Source of the DNA: a virus
Length of the DNA: 43,982 bases
Direction: 5' to 3' (one strand)
Virus genome (UHGV): UHGV-0179801
The notes beneath the pieces were generated by a model. That model was given only the letters and a program-made list of their open reading frames with translations. It was not told the origin of the DNA and did not search any database. The translations under genes were made by a program, and so were the position numbers. Below are positions 7,209 through 15,995 of this stretch, piece by piece (positions within the stretch are counted from its first letter, which is position 1; every line of letters begins with the position of its first letter).

Positions 7209-8679
7209 ACTCCTGTTGCTGCTGCGCCGACTGCGGAATCTCTCCTGCTACCTGAGTAACAGCACCCAATGGCAACGGTGCATCTTCGATAGCGTTCTGA
7301 ATATCCTCGTCGGTCCAGTCGGTCACACCTGCCTTACGCAACGCCGCATAGTAAGCGGTAGCCGGTAGCAGGCCCGCGTTAATGTCCGCCATCCACTGAG
7401 CGCGGTCCTGGGCGGTCATCGGTTGCAGGAAGAACTCCATATTCAGTTTGAACTCAATCTCTGTGCCTTCACGCAGCCCAAGCATCGCCGCTACCCAGCG
7501 CAACGCATCTGTATACGCCATGCTTACATTACGTGCGATTGTCGCCATGACGGACGTATCCGCACCACGTTGCAGGCGGGCTGATTCGGCGGTGATTTGC
7601 TGCGTCGGGGTGATAAGCTGTGCGCCAATCTGAATTGCCTGATTCTCTTTATCCAGCATGTTCTGTTTGGCGAGGTTGTTCTCTCCCGCCTGAACCAGAA
7701 ACGCATTGCCGCCGTAGCCGATGTTATGGCCTGAACGAGACCCCATGCGCACGCCGTGTGGGTTAGCTTCTTTCCACTGTTCCATGCTCATGTTCTCACC
7801 TGGCGCAATGAACAGAGTGGGCTGGCCTACAACGAAGCTGGACTCCTCATTGTCCGCGCTGTTGCGGAAATGTCCGATATTAAGCTCAGCCAACGGCAGC
7901 AAAGGTGCATCATCAATGGTTGCGTCGTTGTTGCTCGCCCCAATGAACGTGAACGGTATTTTACCGCGCAGCTGTTCTCCGAGTTCCGGGAAGATTTCGA
8001 TTACGTCACCCTGAGCACCACCTTCGGCGTCGAAGCGGTAAATGCGCTGGCGGTAGCGCCCGTCAATCAAATCGAGAACGCGGTATTGTTCGCCGAATTT
8101 TGTTTCGAACTCCGCGCCCGGTTCTGAGTATTCCCACACCTCACGCAGCACGACCGTTGTCACACGGTTAACAGAACCGATGCGTGTCAGTCGCCAGTTG
8201 ATGATGTTCTCTGCGGTATAGAATGCGATTACCGGGTTTAATAACCCCGCGTTCTGCTCTGCCGCCGTTGCCGCGGCTGTCTCTGGGGCGTCCACCAGCA
8301 ACCCGCCGCGGCCAACCGAGTCAATCTCCATCAGCGTGTCCTGCGCGTGCTGCCACAACCCGACACCAGAACCGTCGGCATTACGTAACAGGTACTCCAG
8401 TTCAGGCGGGATAATTTGCTCGGGGTCTTTACGCATCACTGACCCCACCATCCCGGCCAGAGTACGTTTGGTGAAGTTGTAGCAGATAGCGCCGTTCTCG
8501 TATTCTTCCTGGCGCTGCGCAGCGTAGGTAGGCTCCGGCTCGTTCTTCCCGACGTTGCGAAGATAGCGGATAAGGTCGCCTTCCAGCGCGTGGCGTACCT
8601 TCTGCCATTTATCGAAGTGATGCAGCCATTCCCGGTGTTTTGTTTTAACACCCTGATTCTGACCGTTCATAGTTAACAT
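7207..8679 (-). CDS. portal protein
   Basis: 490-aa ORF immediately downstream of the large terminase gene; AGAGGA RBS; size and position typical of a portal. Confidence 0.7.
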   Translation of the reverse strand: MLTMNGQNQGVKTKHREWLHHFDKWQKVRHALEGDLIRYLRNVGKNEPEPTYAAQRQEEYENGAICYNFTKRTLAGMVGSVMRKDPEQIIPPELEYLLRNADGSGVGLWQHAQDTLMEIDSVGRGGLLVDAPETAAATAAEQNAGLLNPVIAFYTAENIINWRLTRIGSVNRVTTVVLREVWEYSEPGAEFETKFGEQYRVLDLIDGRYRQRIYRFDAEGGAQGDVIEIFPELGEQLRGKIPFTFIGASNNDATIDDAPLLPLAELNIGHFRNSADNEESSFVVGQPTLFIAPGENMSMEQWKEANPHGVRMGSRSGHNIGYGGNAFLVQAGENNLAKQNMLDKENQAIQIGAQLITPTQQITAESARLQRGADTSVMATIARNVSMAYTDALRWVAAMLGLREGTEIEFKLNMEFFLQPMTAQDRAQWMADINAGLLPATAYYAALRKAGVTDWTDEDIQNAIEDAPLPLGAVTQVAGEIPQSAQQQQE

Positions 8680-8691
8680 TGAATAATCCTC

Positions 8692-9963
8692 TTAAAGTGC
8701 GAAAGTCACCGGGACGTTAATAACTGGTTTGCGAATCGGCATTTCATACGCAATTGGGTATGTGGTTCCGTCATTCTGATGGTCCACGCCGCCAGATTTA
8801 TCCGGTTCGCCGTTCTTGTCGTAAGCCTGTTGCTCAAGGCATCGCGCCGTAACCGGACAAGCCTGCTCGTTAATCATGACCATACCAGATTCAAGCGCCT
8901 TATTCATCGCCGATACTCGGTCTTTAACCGGTGGGTTTGCCGATTTTGCACGCACTTCGAAACCGGCCTGCTGTAACTGGGCGATGTCTGATGTACTGGC
9001 GTTGTTGCTTTTACGGTTTTTGCCGCTGGCGTCAGGATACATAACAATATAGTGGCCTTTACTTTTCCATCGCTCTGTTATCGCCCGCACCACATCTGGC
9101 GTGTCGAACATATCAACCAACTCGGCAACAGCGTGCCAGACTTTACCACGTTGCACGTAAACTGTGCTCGCCATGTGACCTACGTTAAAATCCTGCCCAA
9201 TATACAGAGTCTCGCCAGGCTTGATTGTTTCGCGACTGCTGTTTTTCCTGCGGTCGTAAGCGTAATAGACCGTTCCGGCTGTGAGGTTTACGAACTCGCC
9301 GTTGATGTAGGCATCAATCAACTGCCCCGGGTAGGTGTCGCGCAATGACTGCACATAATCTTCTGGCAGGAACGGGTTAGACAGGGTGGATGCCTGAATC
9401 ATCTCGTAACCGGGATTCTTTTTGACCACCCAGCGGTCATGTACGAAACGGAATCCCTCCGGCGTAGTGAACACGGAAACGGTATTAGCCGGTTTAGGTG
9501 TAATAGGTTTATATGTCCGCGGCAACTGGCGGTTACGGGCGATGACTTTGTTCCACGCGTGCTCGGCGTGCTCCATGTTAAGGGTGTCCAACTCGTCGAT
9601 TTTTGCGCGAAACGATTCGTAGCCAACGATTCGTGCTGGATTATCGAGAGTACGCAGGACAAAATCCCCGAATTGTCCGGATGATGTATAGATTATGTTG
9701 TCGGACTTATTGTATTTGTACCTCACGCCCCAGTCGGTGAGTTTTTCTTCCATACGAGGCGCAAGGATGAGGCGCACCAGGTCGTATGTCGGCTCGTACA
9801 TGGCGATGATAGAATCGCTACCACCTTCCATGCTGTCGAGTAGTGCAGAGTTGCACATAACTTCGGATTTGCCAGTGCCAAATCCCGCCACGAATGCCGG
9901 AAACTTGCAGTGCATTCCGAGAAACGCGCCTTGCGGTTCTGTCGCCGTGATATTAACGTTCAC
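8692..9963 (-). CDS. terminase large subunit
   Basis: Walker A-like GFGTGKS near the N-terminus; 423 aa; start overlaps the small terminase stop; followed by the portal gene. Confidence 0.75.
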   Translation of the reverse strand: MNVNITATEPQGAFLGMHCKFPAFVAGFGTGKSEVMCNSALLDSMEGGSDSIIAMYEPTYDLVRLILAPRMEEKLTDWGVRYKYNKSDNIIYTSSGQFGDFVLRTLDNPARIVGYESFRAKIDELDTLNMEHAEHAWNKVIARNRQLPRTYKPITPKPANTVSVFTTPEGFRFVHDRWVVKKNPGYEMIQASTLSNPFLPEDYVQSLRDTYPGQLIDAYINGEFVNLTAGTVYYAYDRRKNSSRETIKPGETLYIGQDFNVGHMASTVYVQRGKVWHAVAELVDMFDTPDVVRAITERWKSKGHYIVMYPDASGKNRKSNNASTSDIAQLQQAGFEVRAKSANPPVKDRVSAMNKALESGMVMINEQACPVTARCLEQQAYDKNGEPDKSGGVDHQNDGTTYPIAYEMPIRKPVINVPVTFAL

Positions 9964-10462
9964 CGGACACCACCTTAATTGTTACTTCACTGATTGGCTC
10001 GTCGCGTACTTCTTCGGGGGCAACAGTTTTATTCAGCCCCAGTTTCGCGGCAGCAAACGTAGCGGAGATACCGGCTGCGCCCGTCTCAGTGAAGTAGGCC
10101 TCTTCCAGCGCCTGTGCGGTTTCATAGGCTTCTGCAAATGCGGGAATCTCGCGCAGCCACAGTTTAATAATCGGGATAGTGACGCCGATGTGTAAGGCAA
10201 AGCGAGCCAGTGATGGGGGTTTATCCTGAATCAGCGGGCGCTCGTCACCCTTGGACGTAGGCACAAGTTCCCACGACGTGCGGTCGAAGAACTCGATTAA
10301 TTCGTCGCAATAGTCCGGGTCCCACAACGCGGCGGAATTACGGGATGATTGATAAAGGCTCTGTTTACCGTGCGGCCGCCTGCGGCGACGGTTTGCGCTA
10401 ACAGCTTCTTCATGTGCAGCTTGCACCACCTCTGGCGATGGCTGCTTGAGTTTCAGCTTCAT
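9953..10462 (-). CDS. terminase small subunit (putative)
   Basis: Assigned by position: immediately upstream of and overlapping the large terminase gene. ATG 10462 with AAGGGGA RBS preferred over track start 10501. Confidence 0.45.
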   Translation of the reverse strand: MKLKLKQPSPEVVQAAHEEAVSANRRRRRPHGKQSLYQSSRNSAALWDPDYCDELIEFFDRTSWELVPTSKGDERPLIQDKPPSLARFALHIGVTIPIIKLWLREIPAFAEAYETAQALEEAYFTETGAAGISATFAAAKLGLNKTVAPEEVRDEPISEVTIKVVSGER

Positions 10463-10552
10463 AGAATCCCCTTGCATATGCGTCTGACCATCAGAGCGCA
10501 CCAGACGCGCCCTACGCGTCTAAAGGGATTATATAAGGGGATTGGGCGGGAT

Positions 10553-10580
10553 GTACAGAAAAGCACTCCGTAGAGTGCTT
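10553..10580 (-). terminator. putative rho-independent terminator (minus strand)
   Basis: Perfect 8-bp inverted repeat AAGCACTC/GAGTGCTT with a 4-nt loop, followed on the minus strand by TTTTCTGT; lies between the small-gene block and the terminase genes. Confidence 0.45.
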
Positions 10581-10585
10581 GTTGG

Positions 10586-10726
10586 TCAGGAGATGGCCTT
10601 AAATACGAAGGCTACTGTAACACACGCGGCAAAGAACGTAACGCAGTTCAACAACCATTGCACGACCCAATATCGGTGTGGTTTAGCTGCAATCCAGTCA
10701 CTTATTTTATCCAGAATATCTTTCAT
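10586..10726 (-). CDS. small hydrophobic protein (46 aa)
   Basis: Not in track; ATG 10726 with GGAGAGCGAGAG RBS; hydrophobic stretch VVQWLLNCVTFFAACVTVAFVF. Confidence 0.35.
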   Translation of the reverse strand: MKDILDKISDWIAAKPHRYWVVQWLLNCVTFFAACVTVAFVFKAIS

Positions 10727-10769
10727 CTCTCGCTCTCCAATCAATTATACAGGCCGTATCATGGTTATT

Positions 10770-11000
10770 TTACAGCTCTACAGACGCTAGACGACTGGCT
10801 GCGGCTTTAACCGTATCTTTAAGGTTATCATACGCGGAAGTAAAAGACGTATGCGCTCCTTTTGAGGCAACTGTAGCGCCGCCGTTAAAGTACGCTTTTG
10901 CTCTCCAGCTACCATTTACCTTATCAATAAGGATGTAGTGGCTACCTTCTTCCGTTACCGTAACTGTGTTTTCATCGATTACTTCAAATTTAGTATCCAT
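10770..11000 (-). CDS. hypothetical protein (76 aa)
   Basis: Track ORF on the leftward small-gene block. Confidence 0.45.
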   Translation of the reverse strand: MDTKFEVIDENTVTVTEEGSHYILIDKVNGSWRAKAYFNGGATVASKGAHTSFTSAYDNLKDTVKAAASRLASVEL

Positions 11001-11187
11001 ATTTGCTCTCTCTCTGTTCGTTAAATTAGTGTATGAAGCGTTTTAACTATACTAGCAGGCTATTCACGCGTCAACAACTTCTGTCTGTATCAGTTATATA
11101 GGCCGTGGCGTGGTGCTCTTTTACCGTCGCCACCGTAATGGTCGTTAGCTACGGCTATAACCCAGGCGTTTTGGATGATTAGCATTC

Positions 11188-11367
11188 TCATTTCAAGAAT
11201 CTCAACAGGGCATCGGCAATACCTGATGTTACCAGTCCGAAAAACATAGGCCACCAGATATATCCGGGCAGATTGGTAAATGTTTCTGGCTTAGTACAGA
11301 AAGCCAGTAAAAACGCGAACCAAAACACTATATAACTAATGCTGCTGAGTAATTCTAAAATGCTCAT
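11188..11367 (-). CDS. small membrane protein (59 aa)
   Basis: Not in track; ATG overlaps the upstream stop (ATGA); two hydrophobic segments (ISYIVFWFAFLLAF, WWPMFFGLVTSGIA). Confidence 0.4.
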   Translation of the reverse strand: MSILELLSSISYIVFWFAFLLAFCTKPETFTNLPGYIWWPMFFGLVTSGIADALLRFLK

Positions 11368-11600
11368 TCCCCACCCTCCCCTTTAGCAATACGTTGCTCT
11401 GTTTTAGTGATACCGCGGCGCGTGAATAACACCGGGCTTGTCTTAACGTGCGTCATCAGACGGTTGTTATAAATTACGTGGCGCTCGCAATCAACGTCTT
11501 TGCTGTACTTTGCAATCGTCATTTCGTTGATGCCGGTTTGTCGACATGTCTCCGCCATTGTGCCGAATTCTTTGATCAGGTTCGGAATGCTGGTAATCAA
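11364..11600 (-). CDS. hypothetical protein (78 aa)
   Basis: Track ORF; coupled to the downstream small membrane gene. Confidence 0.45.
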   Translation of the reverse strand: MITSIPNLIKEFGTMAETCRQTGINEMTIAKYSKDVDCERHVIYNNRLMTHVKTSPVLFTRRGITKTEQRIAKGEGGE

Positions 11601-11878
11601 TTTGTCTCTCCTTTAGTGACAGTAATGTCTTTCTTATCCAGGTCTACAAAAATCGTATGTGCACCGCTTGTGTAAATGTGGCACCGCGGGATGAGGCTTT
11701 CTGTGGTCCATAAAAACTCGTGCGGACGACCGGCGCGCACTCTCCTGATTTCAAACTTGCCGTATTTAATAATAACCCCGTAGTTATGTGTCGCAGATGG
11801 GTTACAGAATTTGCTATAAACAGCTTCTTCTATCGCGGATTCAATATCAGTGAATCTCGATGCAACAGTGCGCGCCAT
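11597..11878 (-). CDS. hypothetical protein (93 aa)
   Basis: Track ORF; start/stop overlap with neighbours. Confidence 0.45.
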   Translation of the reverse strand: MARTVASRFTDIESAIEEAVYSKFCNPSATHNYGVIIKYGKFEIRRVRAGRPHEFLWTTESLIPRCHIYTSGAHTIFVDLDKKDITVTKGETN

Positions 11879-11881
11879 TAT

Positions 11882-12145
11882 TTACAACTCCACATACCCA
11901 ATACCCCACATAACTAACATCCCAACCGCCACACCAATCAGAATCGATACAGTGGTATTAGTCCACGCCCGCTGGCTACGCAAAGTTTCTGCGTTCTCCA
12001 GAATGTCACGAACACGCGTTAAGTGTGCAATCTCCAGTTTCGCAGCGGTCAGCTCCTGAGTTGATTTTGAATACTTACCGTTAATCTTGTCCAATGCCTT
12101 CTTAAGGTCTTTGTTGTTCTTCTTGAGTTGCTCAATCTGTTCCAT
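11882..12145 (-). CDS. coiled-coil protein with C-terminal TM anchor (87 aa)
   Basis: Track ORF; N-terminal charged heptad-like region and C-terminal hydrophobic helix SILIGVAVGMLVMWGIGYV. Confidence 0.45.
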   Translation of the reverse strand: MEQIEQLKKNNKDLKKALDKINGKYSKSTQELTAAKLEIAHLTRVRDILENAETLRSQRAWTNTTVSILIGVAVGMLVMWGIGYVEL

Positions 12146-12160
12146 AACTACCCCACTATC

Positions 12161-12325
12161 TCATCGCCTAGCCGTTTCTCGTATATCGTCTACCACACAA
12201 GCGGCGTGCTCACGGCTAATTGCAAAAATGTAGAAGCTGAACTTCTTCCCGTCGGCGTCGATGTGGCTAACAGAGTATGGTTTCCACAGGACGCCATCGA
12301 TAACTACTGGCTCAGGCGTCCCCAT
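12161..12325 (-). CDS. small hypothetical protein (54 aa)
   Basis: Not in track; ATG 12325, stop 12161; sits between two track ORFs on the same strand. Confidence 0.3.
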   Translation of the reverse strand: MGTPEPVVIDGVLWKPYSVSHIDADGKKFSFYIFAISREHAACVVDDIRETARR

Positions 12326-12548
12326 ACGCTTTACCACATTTAACGCATGTCACTCGATGTACCCCATCAAAATGTATGTAGTAGTCGTGCTCGCAAGGCT
12401 TTTCGTCCGCTTTCAACTTATCAAGCAACAACTTAAACGCCTCCAGTTGAAACTCTCCGTTAATCGACAGTTGTCCGCCTAACGTCTGTTTCTCCGACTC
12501 AAGCACCAGAATACGGCGCTCTAGTGATGCGATTGTGATTTTAGGCAT
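12312..12548 (-). CDS. small Cys/His-containing protein (zinc-ribbon-like, 78 aa)
   Basis: Track ORF 12312..12557 (GTG start); ATG at 12548 used; C-terminal CEHDYYIHFDGVHRVTCVKCG. Confidence 0.4.
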   Translation of the reverse strand: MPKITIASLERRILVLESEKQTLGGQLSINGEFQLEAFKLLLDKLKADEKPCEHDYYIHFDGVHRVTCVKCGKAYGDA

Positions 12549-12726
12549 TGGCGCCACCTTTGTTCAGGTTAAAGCGGTTAATCAGTTCACGGCGTGTCTC
12601 GTAAAGCGACTCAACCATTTGCTCGGCTACAGCGATTTTAGTATTCAGGACGTGCATAACATGGCTTATGTCTACGCCGCTGGCAACAGCCTCAACCATC
12701 ATCTTTTCGTATTCGCGGTCAGTCAT
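12541..12726 (-). CDS. hypothetical protein (61 aa)
   Basis: Track ORF; overlapping start/stop with neighbours. Confidence 0.4.
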   Translation of the reverse strand: MTDREYEKMMVEAVASGVDISHVMHVLNTKIAVAEQMVESLYETRRELINRFNLNKGGANA

Positions 12727-12881
12727 TCTTTACGCTCTCCCCACATGCGATTGAGATACTTGTTCTTGTCCGGCCCCGGGAAACTGTTACGTTTCATCAG
12801 TTCCTCGCGTGACGGGAACGGGGTGTTACTGACCTTACGGCCTACTCGTAACGGCTGGCTCACTGGACCTTGTTCGCTCAT
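12723..12881 (-). CDS. hypothetical protein (52 aa)
   Basis: Track ORF 12723..12998; internal ATG at 12881 with GGAGAGAAGAA RBS preferred. Confidence 0.35.
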   Translation of the reverse strand: MSEQGPVSQPLRVGRKVSNTPFPSREELMKRNSFPGPDKNKYLNRMWGERKE

Positions 12882-13224
12882 TTCTTCTCTCCTGCGAGTT
12901 CCATATTGAATACAATACGAACGTTTTCCAGGGGCGTAGTACCTACTAGCTTTGCCGCGTAAGCCCCCGCATCTCCAGATTGGTGAAACTGGCCGCAATC
13001 AACATACTCATCCCCGTTGAAAAAAAGAAACAACGAAACAACCTTTACCAACTTCCGTAACTATATTTTTCATTTCTTCTCTCCTACATAAGCTGCTTTC
13101 AGTGTCTGCATCGCGGCGAACCAGAACGCGTCCGCGGGGATGCTGTTGCTCAGGTTACTGACGGCGATGCGTGCCATTAGTTGTGCGTCTTTGAATGCTT
13201 CGATGTCTGTGATTTTCATATTCA

Positions 13225-13437
13225 TTATCCTGCGTTGAATGAACCTAGTACGATGCCACTTTCTTTTGGTTTCTTGATTTCGGTAACTTTTACGTTATCG
13301 TTGAAGTTATTCATGGTTGTCGGGTCATCCTTAGCGCGTACCAGGCTCAATGCTTCATCCGGGTACTTAGCCCACACCACAAAAGAATCGTATTGGTCAT
13401 AGTCGCACCAGTCAGCTTCTACTAAATATAATTTCAT
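13225..13437 (-). CDS. hypothetical acidic protein (70 aa)
   Basis: Track ORF 13225..13500; internal ATG at 13437 with GGAG RBS preferred. Confidence 0.4.
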   Translation of the reverse strand: MKLYLVEADWCDYDQYDSFVVWAKYPDEALSLVRAKDDPTTMNNFNDNVKVTEIKKPKESGIVLGSFNAG

Positions 13438-13521
13438 CTTCTCTACTCCGTTCTCGTTGTCGATGAAAGTAAATATAGTAGGGTCGAGGATAATAGTCAA
13501 CTAGTCATTACAGAAAATAGA

Positions 13522-13553
13522 TAAAAAAAATCCCGGCTGGGTCAGGGCCGGGA
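13522..13553 (-). terminator. rho-independent terminator (minus strand)
   Basis: TCCCGGC/GCCGGGA 7-bp stem with 9-nt loop, followed on the minus strand by T8 (the A8 run at 13523-13530 on the plus strand); just downstream of the endolysin gene. Confidence 0.6.
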
Positions 13554-13618
13554 TAAAACCGGAGAGCAGAGGAATGGAACAGGAGGTGATTTAAGTATCG
13601 TCGGATTAGTCTCAGGTG

Positions 13619-14125
13619 TCAACCTTTCACCGCGCGCCCAATAGCCTCAGCCTCTTGCCACGATTTACCGTCGAACAGCGCCAGACGTCCGGCAACACGT
13701 CGGCGTAGGCCAAGCACAGGCTCAAGTTTACCGGTTTTCGGGTTACGCTGGTTGATGAACTGACTCATCTTGTGCCGTAAGGTAGGGATGTCTCCCTGCC
13801 GTAGTGCCTTACCGGTACCGGTCGTCGCCGCGATAACACCAGTTCCGGCGTTAAACACCAGGTCGACAACGGCATCAAACTGAGCCTGGGTCAGTGAGGG
13901 ATGTGCGACTTCATCAACTGCTTTCACCGCCCACTGCATATCGCGGTTCAGTAACAGCAGCCCCTGGCCCTCGGTAATCTTCTGCCCTTCATACACATCC
14001 GGCCCGGTATGACCCCAGCCTATAGTCCAGTATTTCTCGTTCTTTGTGGCTTTGTATGCAGTTCCGCGAAACTTCTCCCACGCTTTCTTGAACTGCAACC
14101 CATTATCTGAAATGTTTCGAGACAC
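13619..14125 (-). CDS. endolysin, phage lysozyme (GH24-like)
   Basis: Lysozyme signature AWEKFRGTAYKATKNEKYWTIGWGHTG; GTG 14125 with GGAGG RBS chosen; alternative ATG at 14176 (track) lacks an RBS. Confidence 0.65.
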   Translation of the reverse strand: MSRNISDNGLQFKKAWEKFRGTAYKATKNEKYWTIGWGHTGPDVYEGQKITEGQGLLLLNRDMQWAVKAVDEVAHPSLTQAQFDAVVDLVFNAGTGVIAATTGTGKALRQGDIPTLRHKMSQFINQRNPKTGKLEPVLGLRRRVAGRLALFDGKSWQEAEAIGRAVKG

Positions 14126-14375
14126 GCTTATGTCCTCCGTATGACAGCCACGCCTGGCGAATTTGACGCAGCGCAACTAATGTGATTAACGTCTCGGGCA
14201 ACGTCGGCGACATGCTGCCCTGTAACAGGTGGATGCATCCGGCGGCGCAGACGATAGCGGTCAGGATATAGAGCACCCGGCCAAATATCCCGTCGTCCAC
14301 ACTCGGATGATACACATTAAACAGCGATGTGCCTCCGATTGCCAGCATACCGCCGAACCAGAATAACTCATTCAT
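14103..14375 (-). CDS. holin/antiholin-like membrane protein (90 aa)
   Basis: Internal ATG 14375 of track ORF 14103..14555, GGAGG RBS, overlaps the stop of the upstream membrane protein (ATGA); two hydrophobic helices. Confidence 0.5.
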   Translation of the reverse strand: MNELFWFGGMLAIGGTSLFNVYHPSVDDGIFGRVLYILTAIVCAAGCIHLLQGSMSPTLPETLITLVALRQIRQAWLSYGGHKRVSKHFR

Positions 14376-14676
14376 CCGGGCCTCCTCGACGTGCAATGTA
14401 TTCTCCGGCGACGATGCCAGAAAGGCGGGAATAAATAGGCATCCAGAGAACGGCAATGATAAAGCCCAGGCCCGCGATTTCACGGTCGCCCGTGATGCCG
14501 AACCATTGAGCCGCGAGAGGTGCGCCAAATACGGCGCAGGTGAAGCCGGTTGCAATAAAGCAGAATCCGTCGATAGGGCCAGAAATAACGGACTTATGTT
14601 GCCTTAGTCCGATGACCCCACCGGCGAGTGCGGCAGCGAGAAGCCAGCCTGTCACTGTTTCAGTAAATTTATCCAA
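14368..14676 (-). CDS. holin-like membrane protein (102 aa)
   Basis: Multi-TM small protein immediately upstream of the second membrane protein and endolysin; TTG start with GGAGG RBS. Confidence 0.5.
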   Translation of the reverse strand: MDKFTETVTGWLLAAALAGGVIGLRQHKSVISGPIDGFCFIATGFTCAVFGAPLAAQWFGITGDREIAGLGFIIAVLWMPIYSRLSGIVAGEYIARRGGPDE

Positions 14677-14735
14677 GATGAATCCTCCAGGTGCGTATTA
14701 AGTATGCAGTAACTGGAGGATACCACGGGTAGGAA

Positions 14736-15173
14736 TTATCCTAATAGTTGTTTGGTAATAATCTTGCCACCTGTGTTAGCGTCAAACTTCGATGCAACGG
14801 CTACACCGCCATGTGCTGAATACCCACATTCCATAGCCGCGAGTGCATAAGGAGAACCGGAACCAACGGCAGCAAAGCTATCAGCAATCGGAATAACCGA
14901 ACTAAGAGCACAATCCCATGATTTACAGAACTCCACCTTACACAACGTTTCGATGTCTCTAACCCACACCAAAGCAGAGAAATCAAAATCGTAGTGTTTA
15001 GGCACTAAAATACTATCGTCCTTCACTAAAAGGATACCAACTCCAGCGTCACCCGCTACACCGATAACAACAAACTCGTTCTCGTATATCTTAGTGTCAG
15101 TGTTGTATATATGACTTCCCGATACACGCGTGTCACACGCCATTGTCTTTCCGTCAAACGCGATAGTAGTCAT
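14736..15173 (-). CDS. HslV/proteasome beta-subunit-like Ntn hydrolase (compact, 145 aa)
   Basis: N-terminus MTTIAFDGKTMACDTRVS (Thr directly after Met, as in proteasome beta TTIAGV...ADTRAT), DTK, GVAGDAGVG, and AVGSGSPYALAA (GSG motif); ATGA-coupled to the upstream gene. Confidence 0.6.
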   Translation of the reverse strand: MTTIAFDGKTMACDTRVSGSHIYNTDTKIYENEFVVIGVAGDAGVGILLVKDDSILVPKHYDFDFSALVWVRDIETLCKVEFCKSWDCALSSVIPIADSFAAVGSGSPYALAAMECGYSAHGGVAVASKFDANTGGKIITKQLLG

Positions 15174-15463
15174 TTGTGTCTCCAGATGTATTGTCGTCTC
15201 TGCGGTTTCGTCGGAATACCCTCGTATCCCAGAGATTTCCAGTAGTTAAATAGCCGATTAGCGATTGCTGCGCGTTCCTTTGTCTTGAACTCACCGAGAT
15301 TCACGGCCTTACCGTTCTGGAATCCACAGGCGCGGACAGCTTTGCGTCGGGCCTGAATCTCTGGGTACAGCGCATTACGGCGGCGCTTGTATATCCGTGT
15401 TTTAGCTCTCGGTGCCAGCGGCGCAAGGCCGCTTCGTTTCAGGATGTCAGTTGCAAGAGACAT
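15170..15463 (-). CDS. basic hypothetical protein (97 aa)
   Basis: Internal ATG 15463 of track ORF with GGGAGGGGTGGAG RBS; Arg/Lys-rich. Confidence 0.45.
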   Translation of the reverse strand: MSLATDILKRSGLAPLAPRAKTRIYKRRRNALYPEIQARRKAVRACGFQNGKAVNLGEFKTKERAAIANRLFNYWKSLGYEGIPTKPQRRQYIWRHK

Positions 15464-15738
15464 CACTCCACCCCTCCCACATATGTAACTAACCCACAGT
15501 TCGCGCACTCGACGTAATCAGGGAACTGGTCTTTGTATTTCTGTAACTCGGCGTTTACTTCTGCCAGTCTAGACACAAGCCTCTCTATCTCCTCTTCGGC
15601 GTCGGCGAGGCGTTCCTGGTAATAGTCATCCAGTTCCTTGTAGCTGTCGTACTCTACATAATCGCCATATGCGTACTCAGCCATCTCAGGCTCTGGAAGG
15701 CCCCACGCGTTTACCTCATATCTCTGTACCATAATCAC
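15463..15738 (-). CDS. acidic hypothetical protein (91 aa)
   Basis: Track ORF; ATGA coupling at both ends; C-terminal CANCG. Confidence 0.45.
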   Translation of the reverse strand: MIMVQRYEVNAWGLPEPEMAEYAYGDYVEYDSYKELDDYYQERLADAEEEIERLVSRLAEVNAELQKYKDQFPDYVECANCGLVTYVGGVE

Positions 15739-15995
15739 TTCTCCTGTTTACCAAGTCGCTTAGGTGAGCAGATAGCGCGTACCTCTGAATCGTTGGGCTT
15801 GTCACCCTGAAACAAGAAATGCGCGTTCTCTGCGGCGCGTGCCGCTGACTGGCACGCCTCCATCGAGTAAAACGTTTCTGATGCCGCCAGGTGCATCTGG
15901 CCTGCGGACAGTACCCAGATAAAGAGGATGCTGGTCATTTCTTTAACCCGCATTTCTTGCACATCATCGATGTGCCTATATCGTAAAAGTACCAA
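15735..15995 (-). CDS. hypothetical protein, possible signal peptide
   Basis: Track ORF; internal hydrophobic MTSILFIWVLSAGQMHLAAS suggests a shorter secreted product starting at ATG 15938. Confidence 0.4.
   Translation of the reverse strand: MVLLRYRHIDDVQEMRVKEMTSILFIWVLSAGQMHLAASETFYSMEACQSAARAAENAHFLFQGDKPNDSEVRAICSPKRLGKQEK

Noticed and set aside
13000-13224. Two very small coupled ORFs (21 aa and 49 aa) on the minus strand with good RBSs
   Set aside because: Plausible but below the size where coding can be judged from sequence alone; not listed as features.
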